Assembly (NCBI GenBank): GCA_022709525.1
Contig: JAKLIQ010000006.1
Span: forward strand, 66,708 to 130,707
DNA: 64,000 nt
Source: Candidatus Omnitrophota bacterium
GTDB taxonomy: Bacteria; Omnitrophota; Omnitrophia; Omnitrophales; Aquincolibacteriaceae
Direction: 5' to 3'
Part shown: positions 9,209 to 17,861 of the stretch, one piece after another
Numbering within the stretch: the stretch's first letter is position 1
Layout: the number at the start of each line of letters is the position of its first letter
Notes under the pieces: generated by a model
The model's input: the letters and a program-made list of their open reading frames with translations, nothing else
What the model was told of the DNA's origin: nothing
Databases searched by the model: none
Program-made: the position numbers and the translations under genes

Positions 9209-10155
9209 ACCCGGTCCTTCTCTCGTTCCTTCAGCTTTTATTTTTGATGATTTTGGCGCCGGCCATAAGCTGGTTCATCAAAAAAATGAAGGCGGCTTCC
9301 CAGAATCGCATTGGGCCGAAGCTGGCGCAGGTTTACGCCGATCTCTGGAAGCTTTGCCGCAAGGATATGGTTATCTCAGAGACGGCGTCATGGATCTTTC
9401 ATGCCATGCCGTTCGTTCTTTTTGCGGCGACGCTCGCGGCGGCCTCGATGGTGCCAATCCTGTGGAATCACTCTCTTTTTGGTTTTATGGGAGACGCGAT
9501 CCTTTTTGTTTATCTTCTGGCCCTAGGCCGTTTTTTCATCGCGCTCGCCGCGTTGGATACCGGCACGACTTTCGGGGGGATGGGATCAAGCCGGGAAATG
9601 ACGCTTTCTTCCATCGCCGAACCGGCGCTTTTGCTTTCTTTTTTTGCTTTGGGCTTTCATGCGAGAACCTTATCGTTGGAAGGCATGACGGCACATTTCG
9701 CCAATGCATCCTCCCTTCAAATATTATTCTTCACAAGTCTGGCGTTCGGATCGCTTTTGATCGTGACCATTGCCGAAAGCGGCAGGATCCCCGTGGATAA
9801 CCCCGCCACGCATCTGGAACTGACCATGATCCATGAGGCGATGATCCTGGAATATTCCGGAAGGTATCTCGCCCTGATCGAATGGGGCCATCAGATCAAG
9901 CAGCTGGTTTTCCTGACGCTTTTGGCTGATTTCTTTTTTCCGTGGGGGATCGCAACGACCGGAGGTGCGGCGGCGCTGGGGTTGTCGCTCGTCTTTTATC
10001 TGGCGAAGGTCTTCGGGCTGGCTTTTGTGATCGGATGGATCGAGATCCATTCCGCGAAACTGCGCCTTTTCAGGGCGCCGGATCTTTTGACGGTCGCTTT
10101 TGTCCTGGCGATCCTTTCCCTTTTGGGGCAGTTGATCATCGGGAGGGGCGTGTGA
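9205..10155 (+). CDS. NuoH/HycD/HyfC-type membrane subunit
   Basis: ATGA start/stop overlap with the upstream gene and a GGAGGA RBS. MNPVLLSFLQLLFLMILAPAISWFIKKMKAASQNRIGP matches the N-terminus of the complex-I subunit-1 family. Confidence 0.8.
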   Translation: MNPVLLSFLQLLFLMILAPAISWFIKKMKAASQNRIGPKLAQVYADLWKLCRKDMVISETASWIFHAMPFVLFAATLAAASMVPILWNHSLFGFMGDAILFVYLLALGRFFIALAALDTGTTFGGMGSSREMTLSSIAEPALLLSFFALGFHARTLSLEGMTAHFANASSLQILFFTSLAFGSLLIVTIAESGRIPVDNPATHLELTMIHEAMILEYSGRYLALIEWGHQIKQLVFLTLLADFFFPWGIATTGGAAALGLSLVFYLAKVFGLAFVIGWIEIHSAKLRLFRAPDLLTVAFVLAILSLLGQLIIGRGV

Positions 10156-10811
10156 GCGCGGAATTTATGGCTTCCCTGATCCATTTTCTTGGCATGATGC
10201 TTTTGATCGCTTCTTTCTGGATTCTCGTCTCTTCCCAGATCGGGGCGTGCATTCGCGCGTACGCGACGCATTCTTTCCTACTCGCGCTTATCACCGCGGT
10301 AGTTGCCTGGAGTCAGCACATCGAACATTTGATTATCCCGGCGCTTTTGACCCTTGCGCTGAAAACGATCGTGATCCCGCACGTTTTTTTCCGGATCATC
10401 CGGCGGCTCGGGATCCGCAAAGAAGTGGAAAGTTATATTAATATTCCCTTCTCGCTTCTTTTGGCCGTCTTGCTCGTTTTCATTTCGTTTTATGCGACCG
10501 GGGAAGGGAGATTCCTTAAGCCCGCGGCGTTCGGCGAGTTCATCCCGCTCGCCATTTCGACCGTGTTTTTCGGTATGCTCATGATGACGACGCGAAAAAA
10601 AGCGATCAGCCAAGTTCTCGGCCTGCTTTTGATCGAGAATGGGCTTTTTTTAATGGCGATCACCATGACCTTCGGCATGCCGCTTCTGGTTGAGATGGGG
10701 ATCTTTTTTGACGTTCTCATTGCGGTGATGATTATGGGGCTTTTTGTTTTTAAGATCCGCGATGCTTTTGAGGGCATCGACGCGGACGACATGACGGTTT
10801 TGAAAGGATAA
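10152..10811 (+). CDS. HyfE/NuoK-like small membrane subunit
   Basis: ~219 aa, 6-7 TM, GTG start overlapping the upstream stop (GTGA) with a GGAGG RBS. Its position and size match hydrogenase-4 component E. Confidence 0.6.
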   Translation: MSAEFMASLIHFLGMMLLIASFWILVSSQIGACIRAYATHSFLLALITAVVAWSQHIEHLIIPALLTLALKTIVIPHVFFRIIRRLGIRKEVESYINIPFSLLLAVLLVFISFYATGEGRFLKPAAFGEFIPLAISTVFFGMLMMTTRKKAISQVLGLLLIENGLFLMAITMTFGMPLLVEMGIFFDVLIAVMIMGLFVFKIRDAFEGIDADDMTVLKG

Positions 10812-10812
10812 T

Positions 10813-12372
10813 ATGATGACGATCGACAAGGCGCTTTGGATGCCGCTTATTTTTGCATTCCTTTGCCTGATCCCTTCTCCCAAGCGGATCACCCGCCTAA
10901 CTTTTATCGCCGGCGCCGTTATTTCCGCGATCGGAGCATGGGGCTTTGTGTTTGGGGCTTCCTGGTCACCACGGGTATTCGCGTTCAACGGAAACCTTAT
11001 GATGGATGCGCTGTCCGCGGTTTTTGCGCTTCTCATCACGGGCGTGGGCGTGCTTTCGGCTGTTTATGCCGGCGGGTATCTTTTCAAGGAAGGGGACGGG
11101 AGTATTTCCCCGTTAAGGCTCCGGCGGTATGCCTGTTTTTTCCATCTTTTTCTCTTTACCATGCTTCTGACGGTCTTTTCCAATAACCTCGGGATCATGT
11201 GGATCGCGATTGAAGGAACGACGCTAGCCTCGGCCTTTCTTGTCAATGTCGACGACAAAAAAAGCTCGATCGAGGCGGCATGGAAATATCTGATCCTTTG
11301 CAGCGTCGGGATTTCGCTCGCTCTTTTTGGGATTATCCTGGTCTACTATTCGGCGATCGCCCAGGCCGCATCGGGTGAAAGCGGCCTTTTGTTGAACTGG
11401 ACCTTCCTTTTAAGCAAAGCCAAGCAGCTCGATCCGCAAGTGCTCCGGCTCGCTTTTATTTTTATTCTTGTGGGTTACGGCACCAAAGCCGGCCTCGCGC
11501 CTTTCCATTCCTGGCTGCCGGATGCGCACAGCCAGGCCCCGGCCCCCGTGAGCGCGCTTCTTTCCGGCGTGCTCTTAAGTTGCGCGACGCTTGGGATATT
11601 GAGATTCCATATCCTGACGAAAGCCGCAACCGGTTCCGCGTTCTCCGACACGCTCCTCATTTTTTTTGGCGTACTTTCGGTTGTCGTGGCCACGCCTTTT
11701 ATCCTGGAACAAAAAGATTACAAACGCCTTCTGGCCTATTCGAGCGTCGAACATATGGGGCTTGCGGCGGCCGGGCTCGGCTTCGGCGGGGCTTTGGGAC
11801 TTTACGGGGCGATCCTTCATATCATGAACCACGCTTTTACCAAGTCGCTTCTTTTTTTCAGTTCCGGTCATCTCTATTACCTTTTTCACTCCAAAGAGAT
11901 CGCTGATGTCAAAGGTCTCTTAAGGAAAAACGCCTTTTTAGGGATCATTTTCTTTTTGGCGGCCTTAGCGATCGCCGGGATGCCGCCTTTCAGCATTTTT
12001 GTGAGCGAATTCTTGATCTTAAGCGCCGGGTTCCTTGGCGGAAAATATATTTCATGCGCCGTCCTGCTTCTTTTTCTCGCGTTGATCTTTGTCGGTTTTT
12101 TGAGGCACGCGAGCCGGATGACCTTGGGCGGTCCCAATACCAATCAATCGAAGCAAAGCGGAGATTGGGGCCGTCCAAACTACCATTTTGGAAAAGAAAT
12201 AAAAAGTTTGGGCGGTTCGGAGGAACCTCCAAAAGTTGAACGGAGCCTTTTGATGGACAGCGTGCTTGTCGTCGGCATGATCGTGATCCTCACAATGGGG
12301 TTTTATATTCCGGGACCTCTGAACGCGTTGATCCAGGCGGCCGGCCGCATCGCCGGTGGGACGATCTTATGA
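10813..12372 (+). CDS. NuoM/NuoN/HyfF-type antiporter-like subunit
   Basis: 519 aa; GYGTKAGLAPFHSWLPDAHSQAPAPVSALLSGVLLSCA is the Proton_antipo_M core. Confidence 0.85.
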   Translation: MMTIDKALWMPLIFAFLCLIPSPKRITRLTFIAGAVISAIGAWGFVFGASWSPRVFAFNGNLMMDALSAVFALLITGVGVLSAVYAGGYLFKEGDGSISPLRLRRYACFFHLFLFTMLLTVFSNNLGIMWIAIEGTTLASAFLVNVDDKKSSIEAAWKYLILCSVGISLALFGIILVYYSAIAQAASGESGLLLNWTFLLSKAKQLDPQVLRLAFIFILVGYGTKAGLAPFHSWLPDAHSQAPAPVSALLSGVLLSCATLGILRFHILTKAATGSAFSDTLLIFFGVLSVVVATPFILEQKDYKRLLAYSSVEHMGLAAAGLGFGGALGLYGAILHIMNHAFTKSLLFFSSGHLYYLFHSKEIADVKGLLRKNAFLGIIFFLAALAIAGMPPFSIFVSEFLILSAGFLGGKYISCAVLLLFLALIFVGFLRHASRMTLGGPNTNQSKQSGDWGRPNYHFGKEIKSLGGSEEPPKVERSLLMDSVLVVGMIVILTMGFYIPGPLNALIQAAGRIAGGTIL

Positions 12373-13946
12373 AGACAGCCCTGGAGATCTTAAGGGAAAG
12401 ATTCGGGGATGCGATCCGGAAAGACCTAAAAGGACTGGCGAAGCAGTCCCATATTCTCGTCACGAAAAACGAGATCGTGGAAATAACAATCTTTCTCGTC
12501 CAGAACCTCCGCATGAGGTTTCTCTTTCTTTCCGGTTCCGATACGAGAAAAGAGAACGGCGCCTTCACGCTTCATTACATTTTTTCTTATGCCCAGCAGG
12601 ACGAGTTCCTCGTCGTTGAGACAAGGATCGAGGAAAAAGATCCGTCATTCCTCTCTCTTTCTCCTTTTTTGCCGCAGGCCAACTGGCAAGAGCGGGAGAT
12701 CCAGGATCTTTTGGGCCTGATCCCGAAAGGACATCCGGATCCGAGGCGGCTCGTGCTTCATGAGGATTGGCCGGAAGGGCTTTTCCCGCTGCGAAAGGAT
12801 TTTAAGTTTCAGGCAAAGATCCCGAGGCAAAAAGGTGAATATGCTTTTGAGCGCGTGGAAGGCGAAGGGATCTTTGAGATCCCCGTAGGCCCTGTTCACG
12901 CCGGGATCATTGAACCCGGCCATTTCCGTTTCTCGGCCGCAGGAGAAAGCATCCTTAAACTTGAAATTCGTCATTTCTACACGCATAAAGGCACCGAAAA
13001 ATCAGGGGAAGGAAGATCCCCGGCGCATCTTCTCTGCTTGGCAGAGCGGATCTCCGGAGACAACTCCCTGGCCCATGTGGTCGCATGTGCCCAGGCCCTT
13101 GAGACGCTCGCGCAGATCGACGTCCCGCCGCGCGCCCAGTTCCTTCGGGTTGTTTTTCTTGAATTGGAGCGTCTTCATAATCATATGAGCGATATCGCCG
13201 GGATCTCCCTGGATGTCGGTTTCAGCTTTGGGGCAAGCCAATTGATGCGTGTGAAAGAAACCCTTTTGAGACTTAATGAACAAGTGGCCGGGACGCGTCT
13301 CTTGCGGTCGGCGGTTCCCTTGGGCGGTGTCCGCGCGGATATCTCTGAGGCCAGAAAACAATGGCTCATGGAACAGATAAAAAAGATCAAAGAAGATTTT
13401 GAAAAAACAATTCAGATCCTCTGGCAAGTCGACTCGTTGATGGACCGGATTGAAACGACGGGAATTCTCAAAAAAGAGATCGCCGAGACCTTGGGCGCGG
13501 TCGGCCCGGCAGCCAGAGCATCCGGCATTGACCGTGATCTTCGCCGCGATCACCCTTATGGCGCCTATAAAGACCTTTTTTTCATGATCCCTGTTTTCAG
13601 CGACGGCGATGTTGAAAGCCGCATGAAAGTGAAGGTCCAGGAGATCTATCAATCCTTCAAACTTATTTATGATGCCCTTCGTGCGATGCCTCAAGGTTCT
13701 TTGCGCGGCGAGATTAAGCCGCTTATACCGTCTCAAAGCGCTTTGGGCTATGTGGAATCACCGCGCGGCGAGTGTTTCCACTGGATCTCCACGGACGGCC
13801 ACGGAAAGATCTCCCGCTGGAAAGTGCAGTCGCCTTCTTTCGCGAATTGGCCCCTGATCGAATATGCGGTGTTGGAAAATATCGTTCCGGATTTTCCTCT
13901 CATCAATAAAAGTCTTAATTTGTCCTATTCAGGGAACGACCGGTGA
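12369..13946 (+). CDS. NuoC-NuoD fused, [NiFe]-hydrogenase large-subunit homologue lacking all four Ni-Fe cysteines (Ehr-type)
   Basis: N-terminal 30-kDa (NuoC) domain plus a NuoD/HycE-like domain. The RxCGxCxxxH motif reads ERISGDNSLAH, and the C-terminal DPCxxCxxR motif reads NLSYSGNDR at the very C-terminus. Confidence 0.85.
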   Translation: MKTALEILRERFGDAIRKDLKGLAKQSHILVTKNEIVEITIFLVQNLRMRFLFLSGSDTRKENGAFTLHYIFSYAQQDEFLVVETRIEEKDPSFLSLSPFLPQANWQEREIQDLLGLIPKGHPDPRRLVLHEDWPEGLFPLRKDFKFQAKIPRQKGEYAFERVEGEGIFEIPVGPVHAGIIEPGHFRFSAAGESILKLEIRHFYTHKGTEKSGEGRSPAHLLCLAERISGDNSLAHVVACAQALETLAQIDVPPRAQFLRVVFLELERLHNHMSDIAGISLDVGFSFGASQLMRVKETLLRLNEQVAGTRLLRSAVPLGGVRADISEARKQWLMEQIKKIKEDFEKTIQILWQVDSLMDRIETTGILKKEIAETLGAVGPAARASGIDRDLRRDHPYGAYKDLFFMIPVFSDGDVESRMKVKVQEIYQSFKLIYDALRAMPQGSLRGEIKPLIPSQSALGYVESPRGECFHWISTDGHGKISRWKVQSPSFANWPLIEYAVLENIVPDFPLINKSLNLSYSGNDR

Positions 13947-13966
13947 AGAAGAAGGAGAAATAAAAC

Positions 13967-14866
13967 GTGTTCAGGATTCTTAAGAAAAATATCGCGGTAG
14001 GGAAGGCGACGCTTCCGCCGGCGTTTGTGAATGCCTCAGCCCCGGAAGGCTCTCTCGGCGCGCCTGAGATCGATTTTCTCAAATGCACCGGTTGCGGAAA
14101 ATGCGTTGCCGCCTGTCCTACCAGTGCTTTGACCGCGGAAGATCGCGAGGCCGAAGGCAAGCGTCTGCTCCATCTTTCCTACGGAAATTGTATTTTCTGC
14201 GGCCTTTGCGCTCCCGCGTGTCCGCATCAGGCGATCTCCTTTAAAGGAAAATTCGATCTTGCCGCCAAAACAAAAAAAGAATTAGTCCGGAAACTTTCTT
14301 TTTCTTTGTCGGGTTGCCGGAAGGATGCCGCATTCGTGACTTCTAGCGCCTTACCCGTAAAAAAGATGGCGGAAGAAGCGCCGGGATTTGCGCAAGGCGA
14401 TTTCGCGGACAGGATCCCGATGAGGGAAATAGGATCGAAATTAAAAGAAAAGATCAAACGCCTTTTTGGCCGGTCACTTCATATCCGCGAAGTGGACGCG
14501 GGTTCCTGCAACGGCTGCGAGGTGGAGATCGTGAATCTTTCCAACCCCGTTTATGACGCGGAACGGTTCGGCATTCATTTCGTGGCTTCCCCCAGACATG
14601 CGGATATGCTTCTTGTGACGGGGCCCGTAACGCGCCAGATGGAACTTGCGCTCGTGAAAACCTACGCCGCGGCGCCTTCGCCCAAGTTGGTCGTCGCCTG
14701 CGGGAGCTGCGCCGTTAGCGGCGGGATCTTTGAAGGGAATTATGCGACCGTTGGCGGCGTGGACCGGGTCGTCCCCGTCGATATTTATATTCCCGGTTGC
14801 CCGCCTCGTCCCGAGGCGATCTTCCAGGGGATCTTCCTCGCCTTGGACAAGTTTCGGGCAAAATAA
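13967..14866 (+). CDS. fusion of 2x[4Fe-4S] ferredoxin (NuoI/HycF-like) and NuoB/HycG-like small subunit
   Basis: N-terminal CTGCGKCVAACP and CIFCGLCAPACP. The C-terminal half has the small-subunit motifs GSCNGCEVE, ACGSCAVSGG and IPGCPPRP. GTG start with an AAGGAG RBS. Confidence 0.8.
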   Translation: MFRILKKNIAVGKATLPPAFVNASAPEGSLGAPEIDFLKCTGCGKCVAACPTSALTAEDREAEGKRLLHLSYGNCIFCGLCAPACPHQAISFKGKFDLAAKTKKELVRKLSFSLSGCRKDAAFVTSSALPVKKMAEEAPGFAQGDFADRIPMREIGSKLKEKIKRLFGRSLHIREVDAGSCNGCEVEIVNLSNPVYDAERFGIHFVASPRHADMLLVTGPVTRQMELALVKTYAAAPSPKLVVACGSCAVSGGIFEGNYATVGGVDRVVPVDIYIPGCPPRPEAIFQGIFLALDKFRAK

Positions 14867-14870
14867 AAGA

Positions 14871-16895
14871 TCAAATAGTTTCTTCGTATTCTTTTCCGGT
14901 CCAAATGATCCTGATCCTTAGAGGACGGACCTCGTCAGGAGGAGTGACCGAGCCCCAGGCCACAGCGATCTCTTCCATCTGGACCTCAGGAGAGAATTTC
15001 TCCGATTTCCCAAGCACTAATTGCTGAGCTTTCAGGTCGAAGGCGACCCGCGCCATCACATAATAGGGGTCGTTCGTGGGCACTGACAGGAGAGTGACGG
15101 GCCGGCCGACCTTTTCGGCTGCCGCGATCACACAAGTAAAGATCTCTTCTTCCTGGGGGTAGGGTTTTTCGAAGGAACCTTCCAGTTGGAGCCCCTTTCC
15201 GACCTTGGAGGTCAGGACGATCACTTCGGTTGTTTCGGGATCGATCTCCGAGAGGACTTTTTCAAGATGGACAAGGTTATGCGGAGACCGCGCGGCAACG
15301 ACGATGCGGTTAGGTTTTAAACAATGGCATGCTTCCGGCGTCAAAAGATCCATTTCGCTGAGGTTAACGCGGTCGATATGCTGGCGCTCGCGATCCGAGC
15401 CTTCTTCTTTATGACGTTTGGCAGTATTGATCTTTTCAGAAACTAAAAAAATGATAAAAAAGGCCAGTGTAAATATGGACCCTGAGATCGTGGCGACCCT
15501 TTTGGTCAAAAGGTTAACGCAAGCGGTCGCGAAGAGAACAAAAAAGATCGTCACAAGCCCCATCGGGATCTCCAGTCCAAAAATCCTGAGGTTCACCGGG
15601 ACTTTCCATTCGCGCGGCGACTTATCCTTGTAGCGCAGCATGAGAACCGCCAAGGATTTAAAGACAAAACTCCAGATCACCCCGAAGGCGTACGCTTCGC
15701 CTAATACGTAAATATTTCCTTGGCACAAAAGGATCGTAAGGGCCTGAAGGCCGACGACCAGATTGATCATTCGGTAGGATGTTCCGAAACGGGGGTGGGG
15801 ATGGCGCAGGGTTTCCGGCAAGATACCGTCTTCGCCTAAGCGATTCAAGACGCCGTTCGAACCCACGATGGACGTGTTGACCGCCCCCGAAAGGATCAAT
15901 GCTCCGACAAATACCACAAAAGCTTGGAACAGGATCTTGACCGGCGTCGGTCCCACAAGGTACATCGCCAATCCGCTGATCAAATTGCCGGAATACTGGC
16001 CCGTCCGGGCAGCATCCGGGATGATCATAACCGCAAAAAAACTGACCAGCGATGTCAAAAGCATGCTGTAGAGAAAAATAATAAACCCCGCCCTTTTCAG
16101 ATTTTTCAGCTTGGGGGCTTCCATTTCGCGGTAAACCTGCGCTAAGGATTCTTCGCCGCTCATGGCCAAAAGGGAGTGTCCGAAAGCGATCATGATCCCG
16201 ATCACGCCGAGCGGCGCTATCTTGTCGCTGAAACCGTGCAGCCATCCGAGGGATTCTCCGGTAAAAACAGGCGCAAGGGGCGGCCAATTGAAACCTTTGA
16301 CCGCCAGTGTAAAAGAACCCCAGGCGATCAGGACCACAGCCATGACCGTAGTGATCCCCATGATCTTTAGCGCTTTTCCGCTCGATTCCGGGATACCTTT
16401 GACATTCTGCCACCAGAAATACAGCGTGATCGCGATCGCAAACAGAACGGAAAAGAACTCGGAAGGAACGCGGAGAGGGACCTCAAAAATAGGCAAAAGC
16501 GTGTTTAAAAGCCCGGCTAGATATTGACCCGCAGAAACGGCGCTGATGGGGCCGGTCAGAACGTAATCGAAGATCAAGGCCGAGACGGAAAGCTTGGCTA
16601 ATGTGCCGCCCATGGCCTCTTTTACTACCCGGTAAACACCACCCCGCACGAACATACTGCAGGATTCGATATAAACGGCGCGGACCGTGTAAGAGAAAAG
16701 CATGACGCCGAGGATGAACCAGGGAGCCGCTTTTCCGATCGCCTGTTCAGCGATGCCGCCGATATAATAAGCCGTGGATGCCAGGTCACAAAGCACGATC
16801 GCAGCGGCACGCCAAAAGCTGATAAAGCTCAGCATGGCGGTTGTGACCAAAATGACGTTCCGCGCTGTTTTTTTTCGTTCGGGGATATTAGGCAC
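14871..16895 (-). CDS. APC-superfamily permease with C-terminal universal-stress-protein (USP)-like domain
   Basis: 674 aa with 12 TM and an APC-like N-terminal region, plus a ~150-aa USP-like C-terminal domain (RIVVAARSPHNLVHLEKVL...VIVLTSKVGKG). GTG start with an AAGGAGG RBS. Confidence 0.7.
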   Translation of the reverse strand: MPNIPERKKTARNVILVTTAMLSFISFWRAAAIVLCDLASTAYYIGGIAEQAIGKAAPWFILGVMLFSYTVRAVYIESCSMFVRGGVYRVVKEAMGGTLAKLSVSALIFDYVLTGPISAVSAGQYLAGLLNTLLPIFEVPLRVPSEFFSVLFAIAITLYFWWQNVKGIPESSGKALKIMGITTVMAVVLIAWGSFTLAVKGFNWPPLAPVFTGESLGWLHGFSDKIAPLGVIGIMIAFGHSLLAMSGEESLAQVYREMEAPKLKNLKRAGFIIFLYSMLLTSLVSFFAVMIIPDAARTGQYSGNLISGLAMYLVGPTPVKILFQAFVVFVGALILSGAVNTSIVGSNGVLNRLGEDGILPETLRHPHPRFGTSYRMINLVVGLQALTILLCQGNIYVLGEAYAFGVIWSFVFKSLAVLMLRYKDKSPREWKVPVNLRIFGLEIPMGLVTIFFVLFATACVNLLTKRVATISGSIFTLAFFIIFLVSEKINTAKRHKEEGSDRERQHIDRVNLSEMDLLTPEACHCLKPNRIVVAARSPHNLVHLEKVLSEIDPETTEVIVLTSKVGKGLQLEGSFEKPYPQEEEIFTCVIAAAEKVGRPVTLLSVPTNDPYYVMARVAFDLKAQQLVLGKSEKFSPEVQMEEIAVAWGSVTPPDEVRPLRIRIIWTGKEYEETI

Positions 16896-17190
16896 GACCG
16901 CACCTCCTTGGAAGGGAGGGGCAGTGGACGAAGAAATAGCAGCTACAAATAAGCTTCATGGTAAAACTCCTCCAATTCGCCTACGGGGTTAGCTGACGGG
17001 CTAAGGTCGAGGATCTGACCTTTCAACTGGCGTTGATTCGCCCCTTGTTGTTCTTGGGTCCCCCGTTCCGCGGCTTGCGGATTCGGCATATTAGTTGGCG
17101 AATATACTCCCTTTTTTCGAAAAATCAAGACCCGGGGCGATCTTAGCAAGGAAGAAGTAATGGCAATTTTTCGAAGGGCCCAAATGAGCT

Positions 17191-17694
17191 TTATTCGGAT
17201 TCTTTCCAGATGTCGCCGCGGCGGCCGATCTTGATGACACTTTCGATATGGACCTTGATCACGGCGAGACGTCCCGTCATTTCCATTTCATAATGGGTCC
17301 GTTTTTTTCCGGTCCGGACAGCTTCGATCACCCGGTCGGTGGAAAGTTGGACGAGTTTTTCATTCCAACCCTTCAAAACAGCGTCAAAGACGGGGCCTTT
17401 TTCAATGATCTTCGCGGTTCCGTTCAGACGGTAGGCCTCAAGCGTATCAAGGTCCATAAAGGAGACCGAGGCCTTGGGGTTTTCCCGGAGGTTCCTGACC
17501 GTTTTGCCGATCACATAATCAAGGAGGTAAATAAAGTTCCCTTTGCCGCGGAACAGGAATTTCGGGACGGAATTCGGCTGTCCGTCCCGTCCCACGGTGG
17601 CGATCGAGACGAATTCCCTTTTTTCCAGTATCGCTTCGAGTTTTTCATTGATCTTAGGCATCTTCATTCCTCGTAAGAGGTCTGTTAACAGCAC
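17191..17694 (-). CDS. pyridoxamine 5'-phosphate oxidase-like FMN-binding split-barrel protein
   Basis: REFVSIATVGRDGQPNSVP...KASVSF resembles the PNPOx-like family. The exact start is uncertain; M at MKMPKINEK is also possible. Confidence 0.55.
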   Translation of the reverse strand: MLLTDLLRGMKMPKINEKLEAILEKREFVSIATVGRDGQPNSVPKFLFRGKGNFIYLLDYVIGKTVRNLRENPKASVSFMDLDTLEAYRLNGTAKIIEKGPVFDAVLKGWNEKLVQLSTDRVIEAVRTGKKRTHYEMEMTGRLAVIKVHIESVIKIGRRGDIWKESE

Positions 17695-17745
17695 ACAATA
17701 GCGTAACTTTGCACAAGCAAAACTCGTGCCAATTTAAAGCTCGTT

Positions 17746-17813
17746 CCTCGGGACTTGTGCCTCGGGATTCGTAAAAAGAACAAACCCCAAACGAGTCCCT
17801 AGTCCCGAGTCCC
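17746..17813. repeat. GGGACTCG/CGAGTCCC dyad-symmetric intergenic element, copy 2
   Basis: cctcGGGACTTGtgcctcGGGATTCG - taaaaagaacaaaccccaaa - CGAGTCCCtagtCCCGAGTCCC. Confidence 0.8.
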
Positions 17814-17861
17814 TTTTCTTAGAGTTTCTGCTACAGAGCTGTTTAAGGTTATAATTCCTTT

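Noticed and set aside
15658-16413. 251-aa ORF in an alternative frame of the APC permease gene; similar shadow ORFs include 4671..5414, 22603..23175, 23276..23989, 25356..26060, 26148..26702, 29676..30293, 30941..31555, 35816..36505, 40055..40723, 49269..49829, 51990..52547 and 52084..52647
   Set aside because: All are embedded in or antisense to strongly supported genes and show the low-complexity Arg/Gly/Pro-rich composition expected from GC-rich non-coding frames.
16943-17149. 68-aa minus-strand ORF in the leader of the APC-USP permease, and the 85-aa ORF at 22306..22563
   Set aside because: No RBS, and they lie within promoter/leader regions. Their composition is atypical for coding sequence.
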